Below, piece after piece: positions 9,928 to 19,235 of a DNA stretch of 44,642 bases. The DNA comes from Promethearchaeota archaeon (GTDB lineage Archaea; Asgardarchaeota; Lokiarchaeia; Sigyniarchaeales; SOKP01). Both the position numbers and the translations under genes were made by a program. The notes under the pieces are model-generated. The model saw nothing but the letters and a program-made list of their open reading frames with translations. It was not told where the DNA came from and did not search any database. How positions within the stretch are numbered: the stretch's first letter is position 1; each line of letters begins with the position of its first letter. The DNA is taken from the NCBI GenBank assembly GCA_004524535.1, contig SDNY01000013.1, forward strand, positions 1 to 44,642, written 5' to 3'.

Positions 9928-11676
9928 ATGAGTTCCGCATATAACAAGATTTCAGAAGCTCTCTCTCAAAAATTTAAGGAAATTGTAGGGGATGATTACT
10001 TTTTCTCAGAATACGAAATTAGATGGACCTATGCATTTGGCGGTACAATTTTTAGAAAGGATTGGATACCTGATTTAATTTTAGTACCTCAAACTACTGA
10101 ACAAGTTTCTCAAATTTTAAAGTTAGCAAACGATAATAATATTCCAGTCACACCAAGAGGTAGTGCTACCAGTCTATCCGGTGGTCCTATGACACCCTAT
10201 AAAGGGATAAGTGTAGATCTAACTAAGATGAATAAAATTATTAAAATTAATATTGAGAACAACCTTGTAGAAACCGAAGCTGGCGTTATTTGTGATGATT
10301 TAAACGAAAAATTAAAACCACATGGCTATTTCTTTCCTCCTGATCCTGGTTCAAGCTCAGTAGCGACAATTGGTGGGATGGTTGCTACGAATGCTGGTGG
10401 TATTCAAGCGTTTAAATATGGCGTTACAAAAAATTATGTTTTACATTTAGAAGTTGTCCTACCGAATGGTAAAATAATGAATTTAGGCACAGACGTTTTA
10501 AAATCAGTCTCTTCATATAATTTAAAAGATTTATTTATTGGCTCTGAGGGAACCTTAGGAATTATTACAAAAGTAGGGCTTAGGATTATACCTCTCCCAA
10601 AAACTAGAAAATTAGGATTATTTATTTTTGATAATGTAGAAGATTTACAAAAGGCTTCAATTGAGATTCGCAAGAATGGGATTATACCCAATTTATTAGA
10701 GTTTATGGATAAACTTATATTAGAAGCAGTGACCGATTATTTAGGAGGAGAATTCGTAGATTTTCCGAATGGATATGTTCTCTTAGCCGAAGTTGACGGA
10801 GATAATCCTAAAGCGGTAGATGAAAACTTCTCTGTAATGTTTGATATAATTATACAGAATAAACCTATATTCCATAGAATTGCTAAAAACAGTAAGGAGC
10901 GAGAAAGATTGATTCTTGCCCGAAAAGCTAACCTTCCCGCTTTATCAAGAATAAAACCAACAACATGTGTCGAAGACTGTACGATTAAATTATCGGATTT
11001 CGCAGATGTAATTAAAAAGATCGAGAAGATTCCTGAAAGAATTAATGCGAAAAACATGCTTGTCGCTACTATCTGCCATATGGAGGGTAATTTGCATCCT
11101 ACCTTCTTATTTAATGAAAATGATGAACAGGATGTAAAAGATTTTGAAAAAGCTATTGATTATCTATATAAAGAGATTATAATTCCAGTTGGTGGCACAC
11201 TCACAGGCGAACACGGGATCGGAAAAATAAAGACGCCTTATCTCGAACTGGAGCATGGTTCTGAAGTTGTGGATATAATGAGGCAGATTAAGGAATTGTT
11301 TGATCCAAATAGAATTTTGAATCCCGGGATCGGTAAGGGAGATCAGCGCACTCTAGTGAAATCAGAACTGATAAGAAGTTTGAAGAATCAATCATATAAA
11401 ATCTTAGAGTTGAAGTGTATGAGATGCGGCTTTTGTATAGAAATATGTCCTTCGAGAATTAATTATTTGATTGAGCCCTATAGCCCAAGAGGTCGATTAA
11501 GCATTTTAAATGGTCTTGTCTATGGCGAGATTGAATTAAATGAGTTAGTCGTAGATATATTTCAAGCTTGCACACTTTGTGGACTCTGTTATGTAAAATG
11601 TCCTGCAGGAGTTCAGACTCATGAAATTTTTGAAAAAGCTAGGGAAATTATTCATAATCAAGGGGGAAAAGCATGA
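9928..11676 (+). CDS. glcD: GlcD/D-lactate dehydrogenase-like FAD-linked oxidoreductase with fused C-terminal 2x[4Fe-4S] domain
   Basis: PRGSATSLSGG, FFPPDPGS, TIGGMVATNAGG, KYG, GSEGTLGIIT, GNLHP, GEHGIG, FDPNRILNPG; then CMRCGFCIEICP and CTLCGLCYVKCP. Confidence 0.85.
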   Translation: MSSAYNKISEALSQKFKEIVGDDYFFSEYEIRWTYAFGGTIFRKDWIPDLILVPQTTEQVSQILKLANDNNIPVTPRGSATSLSGGPMTPYKGISVDLTKMNKIIKINIENNLVETEAGVICDDLNEKLKPHGYFFPPDPGSSSVATIGGMVATNAGGIQAFKYGVTKNYVLHLEVVLPNGKIMNLGTDVLKSVSSYNLKDLFIGSEGTLGIITKVGLRIIPLPKTRKLGLFIFDNVEDLQKASIEIRKNGIIPNLLEFMDKLILEAVTDYLGGEFVDFPNGYVLLAEVDGDNPKAVDENFSVMFDIIIQNKPIFHRIAKNSKERERLILARKANLPALSRIKPTTCVEDCTIKLSDFADVIKKIEKIPERINAKNMLVATICHMEGNLHPTFLFNENDEQDVKDFEKAIDYLYKEIIIPVGGTLTGEHGIGKIKTPYLELEHGSEVVDIMRQIKELFDPNRILNPGIGKGDQRTLVKSELIRSLKNQSYKILELKCMRCGFCIEICPSRINYLIEPYSPRGRLSILNGLVYGEIELNELVVDIFQACTLCGLCYVKCPAGVQTHEIFEKAREIIHNQGGKA

Positions 11677-12950
11677 AATTTGATTACGGAAAGGATGAAT
11701 TAGAAATAAATCTTGAATCATCATGGAATGTAACAGTCTTTAAACCTGAAGAACAACCAGCAATTCCGAATCCGGTTGAAGCTGTCAGAATAGCGATAAA
11801 AAATCCAATAGAAAGTAAGTCGCTTAAAAAAATATTAGAATCTAAGGAAAATATAAATCAAATCTGTATTGTGGTTTCAGATGCTACACGTCCTGTTCCC
11901 TCGCATTTGATTCTTGAAGGTTTAGTAGAGGAATTAAATGAATATGGAATAGATGATAATCAAATTATGGTATTAATCGCAACAGGACTACATAGACCTT
12001 CTCGAGAAGAAGAGCTTGAAAAAATTTTAGGGGAAAAGTTGAAAAATCGATTAAAAACAGTTGATCATGTCGCAACCGATCAAGGTTCTATGAAATTTCT
12101 GGGACTAGCAGCAGATAATACCCCTATTTTCATAAATAAGCATTATTGTGAGAGTGATTTTAAGATACTTACGGGATATGTAGAGCCCCATTTTTTTTTC
12201 GGATTTGCGGGGGGTCGAAAATCGATTATCCCAGGCATAGCTGGCGCAGTAACAATACAAGCAAATCATTCGGCAGAAAATATAGCTCATAAAACTTCTC
12301 GCTTTGGTTTTTATAAAAGGAATCCTATGCATAAACATGCCATGGAAGCAATGGAATTGGTAGGTGCTGATTTTATCATTAATGTGTGTATTAATGTGAA
12401 ACATCAAATATCAGTTGTTGCTGCGGGAAATCCAATAAAAGTCCATGAGACTTTAGTAAGATTTCAAAAAAGATTTCTGTTCAAGGAAATTACAGCTCCA
12501 TTTGACATCGTTGTGTGTGGAAATGGAGGATATCCCTTAGATCTCAATTTGTATCAAGCGGTTAAAAGCATGGCTATTGGAGAGATGGCAGTCAAAGAAG
12601 GAGGAACTATTATTTCTGTGAATGAATGTTCTGAGGGTGTTGGACAAGAAAAGTTTAAGGAACTCCTTTTTTCGGGGATGAATCCCAAGGAGATTTATGA
12701 TAAGATTCTAAATAAAGAAATTATCGTCCCAGATCAATGGGAAATTCAAGTTTTAGCAAGAGTATTGATGAAAGCGGAAATATATGTCATATCAAAGCTA
12801 AAAGAGAAAGAAATTGGAAATATTGGATTAAAATATGCAGAATCTGTCGAAGAGGCTATTAAATTAGGTTTACAAAAACATGGTATGGATGCCAAAATTC
12901 TGATCTTGCCAAATGGACCACAAGTGCTTCCTATATTGAAAATTAGTTAA
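11673..12950 (+). CDS. larA: Nickel-pincer-dependent lactate racemase family protein
   Basis: SDATRP, ATGLHR, EPHFFFGFAGGRKS, ANHS, GGYPLDLNLYQAVK, PDQW; ATGA overlap with the upstream dehydrogenase. Confidence 0.92.
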   Translation: MKFDYGKDELEINLESSWNVTVFKPEEQPAIPNPVEAVRIAIKNPIESKSLKKILESKENINQICIVVSDATRPVPSHLILEGLVEELNEYGIDDNQIMVLIATGLHRPSREEELEKILGEKLKNRLKTVDHVATDQGSMKFLGLAADNTPIFINKHYCESDFKILTGYVEPHFFFGFAGGRKSIIPGIAGAVTIQANHSAENIAHKTSRFGFYKRNPMHKHAMEAMELVGADFIINVCINVKHQISVVAAGNPIKVHETLVRFQKRFLFKEITAPFDIVVCGNGGYPLDLNLYQAVKSMAIGEMAVKEGGTIISVNECSEGVGQEKFKELLFSGMNPKEIYDKILNKEIIVPDQWEIQVLARVLMKAEIYVISKLKEKEIGNIGLKYAESVEEAIKLGLQKHGMDAKILILPNGPQVLPILKIS

Positions 12951-12961
12951 AATATTTAATT

Positions 12962-13576
12962 TTACCATTCTGAAAAGAACTTTTCTTTAGAAAAATCTCG
13001 TTTTAAAGGCTTTCCTGTAAGCATTGTATAATATCTCAACATTGCAGATTGTTCTGCTCCAGTAACGTTTTGGAGGGCATCATATAGAGTATTCCCCTTA
13101 GCAAATACTCCATGGGCTCTTACAACCACAATAGGATAATTTTTCAACATAGGAGGGACTTCTCGCGCCGCATCTGTAGGCCCCGCGGGATTATCTACCT
13201 CAATAACAGGTATTTTTCTATACATATAAATTCCCTCTGCATCAAGACAAGTAATCTCGTCTTCTATCAGCGATAAAATAACGCAAAAAGGATTATGAGC
13301 ATGAATCACGGCCATTGCATCTGTATTTAAATAAATTTGTCGATGTACATTCGTCTCTGTGCTAGATAGCATAATTCCAGAATCTTGAGTATAGAGATCA
13401 GTCTCAATTATATCTTCAGGCTCTAGAAAACCGAGCATGGCACCCCTTCTTTTAATAAGGATCTTCCCTCCAGCCCTCATACTAATATTACCTGAATGGG
13501 ACGTATTATATCTGTGATCAGTTAATACTTTGCCTACAATTTTAAATTGCTTAAACGTTTCTGGATCGAGATTCAT
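12962..13576 (-). CDS. fucA: Class II aldolase, L-fuculose-1-phosphate aldolase-like
   Basis: SGNISMR, SSTETNVHRQIY (catalytic Glu), IHAH and RAHG metal-binding His residues; genomic context. Confidence 0.8.
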   Translation of the reverse strand: MNLDPETFKQFKIVGKVLTDHRYNTSHSGNISMRAGGKILIKRRGAMLGFLEPEDIIETDLYTQDSGIMLSSTETNVHRQIYLNTDAMAVIHAHNPFCVILSLIEDEITCLDAEGIYMYRKIPVIEVDNPAGPTDAAREVPPMLKNYPIVVVRAHGVFAKGNTLYDALQNVTGAEQSAMLRYYTMLTGKPLKRDFSKEKFFSEW

Positions 13577-13613
13577 TTTTTGTCACTCAAACTAAAATAT
13601 ATAAATTCTGAAC

Positions 13614-15413
13614 TTAAATTAATCTTTTTAATGATAATTTTTCTAATAAACTGTCAGTAGGGATTCCATTTTCATCCCAATTTCTTACTTTATAATACTC
13701 ATCAATTAAATCATCGAGAGGGACAACTCTCCCTTTCGAGGGACCATCTTGTAATGGAGTTTCTAGAAACCTTTTTGGAAGGATATCATCTTTTCTCGAA
13801 AATCCTTCTCTTACGTTAAAAAGTCGCTCTAAAGTATAAATTCTTTCGCCAATGGTGATTAGATCTGTTATTGAAATTTTTCGATCTAATAGAGTGCTTA
13901 AAAATCGAGCAGTGAATTCGAAACCTAATGCATATCCCACAAACTTGCAAATGACTAATGAATCTTCCACTGCGCTCTGATTTTGCTTTAAAAATAACAG
14001 ATCTGATTTACCTCGAACAGAAAATCTATCGATTTTTTTAGGAGCTCCCAAAACTTCTAATGCGACTAAAAATCCCGTTAAGTGGCAGGCCCCGCGTGAA
14101 CTTACAGCATAATTTAGTGCATGACCAAATGCACCTCGGGGATCATATGCCGGAATTTCCATTCCCTTAACCTGCATTGCATAATCTTGAGCATTATATT
14201 TTCTAGAAAATCTTAGAGATCCTTCAGCTAATTCTTCTCCTATGCCTTTTCTCAGAGAAATCTGCTCAATTAATTCACATAAAATATCTTTATTTCCAAA
14301 AGTTAAAGAATCTTGTTTTATCAATCCTTTTTGTTGTAATTCCATAGCACACGCAATAGTCGCTCCAGTAGACATTGTATCCAAACCATAGTCATTACAT
14401 AAATAATTTGCATGAGTGATTGTTTTTAAATCAAAAATTCCTGTTAATGGTCCTAAGGCCCAGAGAGATTCGTATTCTGGACCTTTTCCACTCAGCTCTC
14501 CAGTGTTTGTCATTCTACCACATCTAATTATGCAGTTATAACACCCCTCGCTTTGTTCTAAAAATCTCTCCCTTAATCGTTCCCCACTTACTAAGTCTAT
14601 CTTTTCAGGTTCTGTATATGCGAATTGATAATTTTTAACGGGAAACATCCCAAATGAATTAATAACTTTAACTAAGGCTGCAGTTCCAAATAATGCCAGA
14701 CCTTGAGATGTGATAGGTACAACTTTAATTTTATCTCTGGCTACAATCGCTAACTTTTTCATATATTCTTTATTTTTAACGGGAAATTTGAGCGTACCGT
14801 TTTTCACGACAATAGCTTTTATATTTTTTGAACCCATTACAGCCCCTACGCCACCTCTACCAAAGGCTCTATGAGCTTGGTTCATAATAGCGGAAAATTT
14901 TACTAAGTTCTCACCAGCTGGTCCAATACATAATACTTGACAATTTTTTCCTTCCATTTGTTGAATCTTTTTTAAGGTTTCGGATGTCTTGAGGCCCCAT
15001 AAATTTTCAGCATCATTGATTTCAACTTTATCATATCCATCTATTACAATGTATCCTTTATTATCAGAAGAAAGTGCCCCTTTGATAAACAAACAATCAT
15101 ACCCACATCGTTTGAAATAGGGCCCCCAAAATCCACCTGAATTTGAGTGGAATATTGTATTAGTTAGGGGTGATTTTGTTACTAAAGAGAATCTTCCACT
15201 AGTTGGAGCAATAGTTCCAGTAAGAGGTCCTACAGAAAAAATCAATGGATTCAGTTTTGATAAAGGATCAGTTTTAGCTTTAGCTAAATAATCAGAGAGT
15301 AATTTAATACCTAATCCTCTACCTCCTAAAAAGTCAGAAAAAATCTCTTCTTCAATTGGTGTTTCAGAAACCTTTTTTGAATCTAAGTCAATATTTAAAA
15401 TTTTATTATTCAT
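13614..15413 (-). CDS. aor: Tungsten-dependent aldehyde:ferredoxin oxidoreductase (copy 1)
   Basis: FLGGRGLG, KSPLT, SNSGG, IGPAGENLV, GRGGVGAVMGSKNIKA, CYNCIIRC, GPEYE, GLDT, YDPR, RGACH, ERLFNVREG. Confidence 0.93.
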   Translation of the reverse strand: MNNKILNIDLDSKKVSETPIEEEIFSDFLGGRGLGIKLLSDYLAKAKTDPLSKLNPLIFSVGPLTGTIAPTSGRFSLVTKSPLTNTIFHSNSGGFWGPYFKRCGYDCLFIKGALSSDNKGYIVIDGYDKVEINDAENLWGLKTSETLKKIQQMEGKNCQVLCIGPAGENLVKFSAIMNQAHRAFGRGGVGAVMGSKNIKAIVVKNGTLKFPVKNKEYMKKLAIVARDKIKVVPITSQGLALFGTAALVKVINSFGMFPVKNYQFAYTEPEKIDLVSGERLRERFLEQSEGCYNCIIRCGRMTNTGELSGKGPEYESLWALGPLTGIFDLKTITHANYLCNDYGLDTMSTGATIACAMELQQKGLIKQDSLTFGNKDILCELIEQISLRKGIGEELAEGSLRFSRKYNAQDYAMQVKGMEIPAYDPRGAFGHALNYAVSSRGACHLTGFLVALEVLGAPKKIDRFSVRGKSDLLFLKQNQSAVEDSLVICKFVGYALGFEFTARFLSTLLDRKISITDLITIGERIYTLERLFNVREGFSRKDDILPKRFLETPLQDGPSKGRVVPLDDLIDEYYKVRNWDENGIPTDSLLEKLSLKRLI

Positions 15414-15517
15414 TTAACTGTTTAATAAAAAATTACTTTAAATATTAAAATTCGTTAAAAAACATTAATCCGAATTATTTTAAATTAGTTTTAAAAACTA
15501 AATAGGAAAAATAAATC

Positions 15518-17008
15518 TTGAAATTTCTTGCGGTTGACCTTGGAGCTAGCTCTGGAAGAGTAATTCTTGGTACACTCAGCGAAAGCAAGAAATTGAGTCT
15601 AGAAGAGATATATCGGTTTCCTAATGAAGGAATCCAGGTCAAAAACGAGCTACATTGGGATGTCCCGAATTTATTCAATGAAATAAAGAATGCTATAACT
15701 AAATATGTTAAAAAATATGGAGCTGATTTAAATTCTATAGGAGTTGATACTTGGGGTGTAAATTTTATCCTTTTAGACAAGGATGATAGATTTTTAAGTC
15801 CAATGTATCATTATCGGGATAAAAGGACTGTAGGAATGCTCGAAAAAATGTTTAAAGTAGTCCCGAAAGAGGAAATTTTTAAGCAGACCGGTATTCAATT
15901 CCTAGAACTTAATAGTTCAACTCAGCTTTTTTCTATGGTATATAATAAATCACCTCGTCTTCCTTTGACTAAAACCATAATTATGTTTCCTGATTATATC
16001 AATTATTTATTATCGGGAATTATAGCCTGTGAATTTTCTGACGCAACAACAACTCAGCTTTATAATCCAGTGAAAAAAGAATGGGCTTATGATTTAATAA
16101 AACGCTTAGGTCTCAATCCGGAGTGGTTTATTAAAGTTATATCTGGAGGAACCATTCTTGGTCCTATTAAAAAGGATGTGGCTGATGAAGTTGGGCTTAG
16201 TAGCGACACTAAGATTATTGCACCTCTTACCCATGATACGGGATCCGCTTATGTAAGCGTGCCAGTAGATATGAATAAGTATTTTGAGGGGGATTTTGGG
16301 ATTCTCAGTTCTGGTACATGGAGTGTGTTAGGCGTAGAGTTAAAGGAACCTTTAATTAATGATAAAGTCCTTAAATATAATTATTCTAATGAGGGAGGGT
16401 TTAACGGAACCATTCGATTTTTGAAAAATATCACGGGTATGTGGTTAATCCAAGAATGCAAAAAGATCTGGGAAAAGGAAAATATAAAATTAGATTGGGA
16501 TAAAATTGCATTTGAAGCTGAGAATGCAGATGGATTTCAATCTTTTATAAATCCAGATGATCATAGCTTCTTAGCACCCTCCAATATGATTCAGGCAATT
16601 CAAAAATACTGTAGATCTACAAATCAGAAAGTTCCTGAGACCATTGGAGAAATCTCTAGAACGATTTTTGAATCAATTGCCTTTAAATATAAACAAGTTG
16701 TTGAGAATCTGGAAGATATTATTGAAAAGAAACTGAAAATCCTCTATATGATTGGCGGAGGCAGTCAACATAATTTACTAAATCAATTTACAGCAAATGT
16801 ATTAAATATTCCTGTAAATGCGGGACCATCAGAAGCAACAATAATAGGTAATATATTGGTTCAAGCCTTAGCGTTAGGAGCAGTGGAAGATTTAATTGAA
16901 ATAAGAGAGATTGTTAGAAATTCGTTTGATATCAACTCTTTTTTACCTAAACATCATAAAAAATGGAATGACGCTTATTATTCTTTTTTAGATATAATAA
17001 ATCATTAA
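15518..17008 (+). CDS. rhaB: Rhamnulokinase (FGGY family; rhamnulo/fuculokinase)
   Basis: LAVDLGASSGR, IGVDTWGV, YRD, TGIQF, HDTGSA, SSGTWS, SNEGG, KNITGMWLIQ, GGGS, GPSEAT; TTG start. Confidence 0.92.
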   Translation: MKFLAVDLGASSGRVILGTLSESKKLSLEEIYRFPNEGIQVKNELHWDVPNLFNEIKNAITKYVKKYGADLNSIGVDTWGVNFILLDKDDRFLSPMYHYRDKRTVGMLEKMFKVVPKEEIFKQTGIQFLELNSSTQLFSMVYNKSPRLPLTKTIIMFPDYINYLLSGIIACEFSDATTTQLYNPVKKEWAYDLIKRLGLNPEWFIKVISGGTILGPIKKDVADEVGLSSDTKIIAPLTHDTGSAYVSVPVDMNKYFEGDFGILSSGTWSVLGVELKEPLINDKVLKYNYSNEGGFNGTIRFLKNITGMWLIQECKKIWEKENIKLDWDKIAFEAENADGFQSFINPDDHSFLAPSNMIQAIQKYCRSTNQKVPETIGEISRTIFESIAFKYKQVVENLEDIIEKKLKILYMIGGGSQHNLLNQFTANVLNIPVNAGPSEATIIGNILVQALALGAVEDLIEIREIVRNSFDINSFLPKHHKKWNDAYYSFLDIINH

Positions 17009-17016
17009 TGGATATA

Positions 17017-18288
17017 TTATGATTTATCTCGAGTATTAAGGATTTTATTTTCGTAGGATTCAATTTCTTTTATCCATTCTTTACCTATAGGAACATCGTT
17101 GCTTAAACAAAAGTAATCCCAAACTGCACCAAAAGGCATGGTTTTGCACTCCTCTAATAGTGCTAATCTTTGAAAATATTGCCCATTATCTTCATATTCT
17201 TGCAACAAATCTATGGGCTGAAGCAACGCATATAAAATACTTTTTTGTGTGGCGCGTGCTCCAATAACCCAAGCACCTATACGGTTTATTGAAGCATCAA
17301 AAAAGTCTAAAGCGAGGTGAATTCGTTCCATTTGTCTACTTCTCACTATTTCTTCAGCCAGGTGAATAATTTCATCATTTAAAATCGGAACATGGTCGCT
17401 GTCCCATCGAATTCCGCGACTGATATGTAAGAGTATTCCTTTAACAAATGGTAAAATCGCAGAGATCTTATCACCCACTGATTCTGTTGGATGAAAATGT
17501 CCTGTGTCAATAGTGAGTAGTGTATTATTCGCTATCGCATAACTTAAATAAAATTCATGGCTCCCCACTACATAAGCTTCACTTCCTATCCCAAAGAGCT
17601 TGCCTTCTAAAGAATCTATCATTTGAGAATCAGGATATTTCTTCTTTAAAATCTCATCTAATGATTTTTTGAGCAAGATTCGATGACCTGATCGATCAAC
17701 TGGGATATCTTTCATACCATCAGGAATCCAAAGATTATGGATACATGAGCTTCCTAACTTTTTTCCCATTTCAGCACTGATTTCCCGGCATTTTTTAACA
17801 TGCTCAATCCAAAATTCCCTAATTTCTTTGTTTTTACTGCTGAGGGTGAATCCATCATTAGATTTTGGATGGGAGAATAAAGTTGAATTAAAATCTAATT
17901 TAATATTAATATCTTTAGCCCATTCTATCCAACTTTGAAAATATTCTGGAGTAACCTCGTTTCTTTCAACAAATTTACCCCCAAAATCTCCATAAGATTC
18001 ATGCAATGAAAATCGATGACTCCCTGGTACTAAAGAAAGTACTTTTTCGAAATCTTGCCGAAGTTCACTAATTGTCCTTGCTTTACCAGGGTAATTTCCT
18101 GTCGCTTGGATTCCTCCTCCTGAAATCTCAGCATTTGGTCTTTCAAATCCCCCAACATCATCACCCTGCCAACAAGGAATAGAAATTTGAATCTCTTTTA
18201 ATTGGTTAAGGATTTTATCCGTATCAATACCGAATTCCAAATATTGTTTATTAGCGTTGCTATAATATCTTTCAATCTTTTCTCTCAA
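17017..18288 (-). CDS. rhaA: L-rhamnose isomerase
   Basis: CWQGDDV, GGIQATGNYPGKART, FSHP, NLWIPDG, KLFGIGSE, VGSHEFY, DTGHFHPTE, RWDSDHV, LDFFDASINR. Confidence 0.96.
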   Translation of the reverse strand: MREKIERYYSNANKQYLEFGIDTDKILNQLKEIQISIPCWQGDDVGGFERPNAEISGGGIQATGNYPGKARTISELRQDFEKVLSLVPGSHRFSLHESYGDFGGKFVERNEVTPEYFQSWIEWAKDINIKLDFNSTLFSHPKSNDGFTLSSKNKEIREFWIEHVKKCREISAEMGKKLGSSCIHNLWIPDGMKDIPVDRSGHRILLKKSLDEILKKKYPDSQMIDSLEGKLFGIGSEAYVVGSHEFYLSYAIANNTLLTIDTGHFHPTESVGDKISAILPFVKGILLHISRGIRWDSDHVPILNDEIIHLAEEIVRSRQMERIHLALDFFDASINRIGAWVIGARATQKSILYALLQPIDLLQEYEDNGQYFQRLALLEECKTMPFGAVWDYFCLSNDVPIGKEWIKEIESYENKILNTRDKS

Positions 18289-18386
18289 GGTTTTTCACTT
18301 CGAACCTTCCTATTTTAAGAAAAATTCACTATTTATTAATTTACTGTAGAATTTGTATTATTTATTTTTTACAAATTCAAAAAATC

Positions 18387-19235
18387 CTATAGTTGATTAT
18401 TTAATTTAAATTGTTTAAAAATCTGAGATCTTTGCTTTTGCATTGAATCATTTAAATAAGATTCATAGAGATAAAAACTTAGGATAACAATTACTACTAA
18501 TATTGAAATAGCAATGAAAACATAAACAGGTATTATTTCAATAAAAATTATTAATGACAAGAAAATTCCAATAAAAGAGATTACTAATAATTTTAATGAC
18601 GAATTCATGTTTTTTCTATACTTTAATCCCAAATTCTCTAAATTTGTTAATTTTTCATAATCAATATTCTTGATACTATAACAAATATTTGATTCTTTAA
18701 ACTTATTAGCCCATTCGGAACGTTTAATTGACATAATTACTCCTATTGATGGATAATATTCAAAAAAGAGATTCTTTCTGATCATTAAGTTTTTATTGGT
18801 TTCTTTTCTGTCTTGATATATAAATCCAGATAGACCTACTCCAACACTAATTGCAGTCATGATAAAAGCTAATAGCACTATTCTTGAAGTAAAGTATATA
18901 TTAATAAAAATAATAAAAGGTAAGAAACACATAAGAAAAACTGATAATAAACCGGTTATAATTGATTTTATTTTGTTTATAGAATGTTTTTCACAAAAAT
19001 AAATCCTTAGAGAATTACGATAAACACTATAATCTCTTCTATTCGGAAAAACATAATATCTGGGTTTAATTTTTAATGAATTATCCGCATCCTTGCTTCC
19101 GCATATTGGACAGATTATTGGAATATCAATATATTTATTGATGTATTGATAAGATTGTCTATTCTTTATTGGATCGGGTAAATATAATAATTCAAATCCA
19201 TTTTTTTCCGTTGTTGATTTATAAGCTATTTTCAT
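18387..19235 (-). CDS. Hypothetical membrane protein with N-terminal CxxC...CxxH zinc finger (paralogue A)
   Basis: ICPICG...FCEKH; about 4 hydrophobic segments; shares a SIxRxxWANxFK motif with its neighbour. Confidence 0.75.
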   Translation of the reverse strand: MKIAYKSTTEKNGFELLYLPDPIKNRQSYQYINKYIDIPIICPICGSKDADNSLKIKPRYYVFPNRRDYSVYRNSLRIYFCEKHSINKIKSIITGLLSVFLMCFLPFIIFINIYFTSRIVLLAFIMTAISVGVGLSGFIYQDRKETNKNLMIRKNLFFEYYPSIGVIMSIKRSEWANKFKESNICYSIKNIDYEKLTNLENLGLKYRKNMNSSLKLLVISFIGIFLSLIIFIEIIPVYVFIAISILVVIVILSFYLYESYLNDSMQKQRSQIFKQFKLNNQL

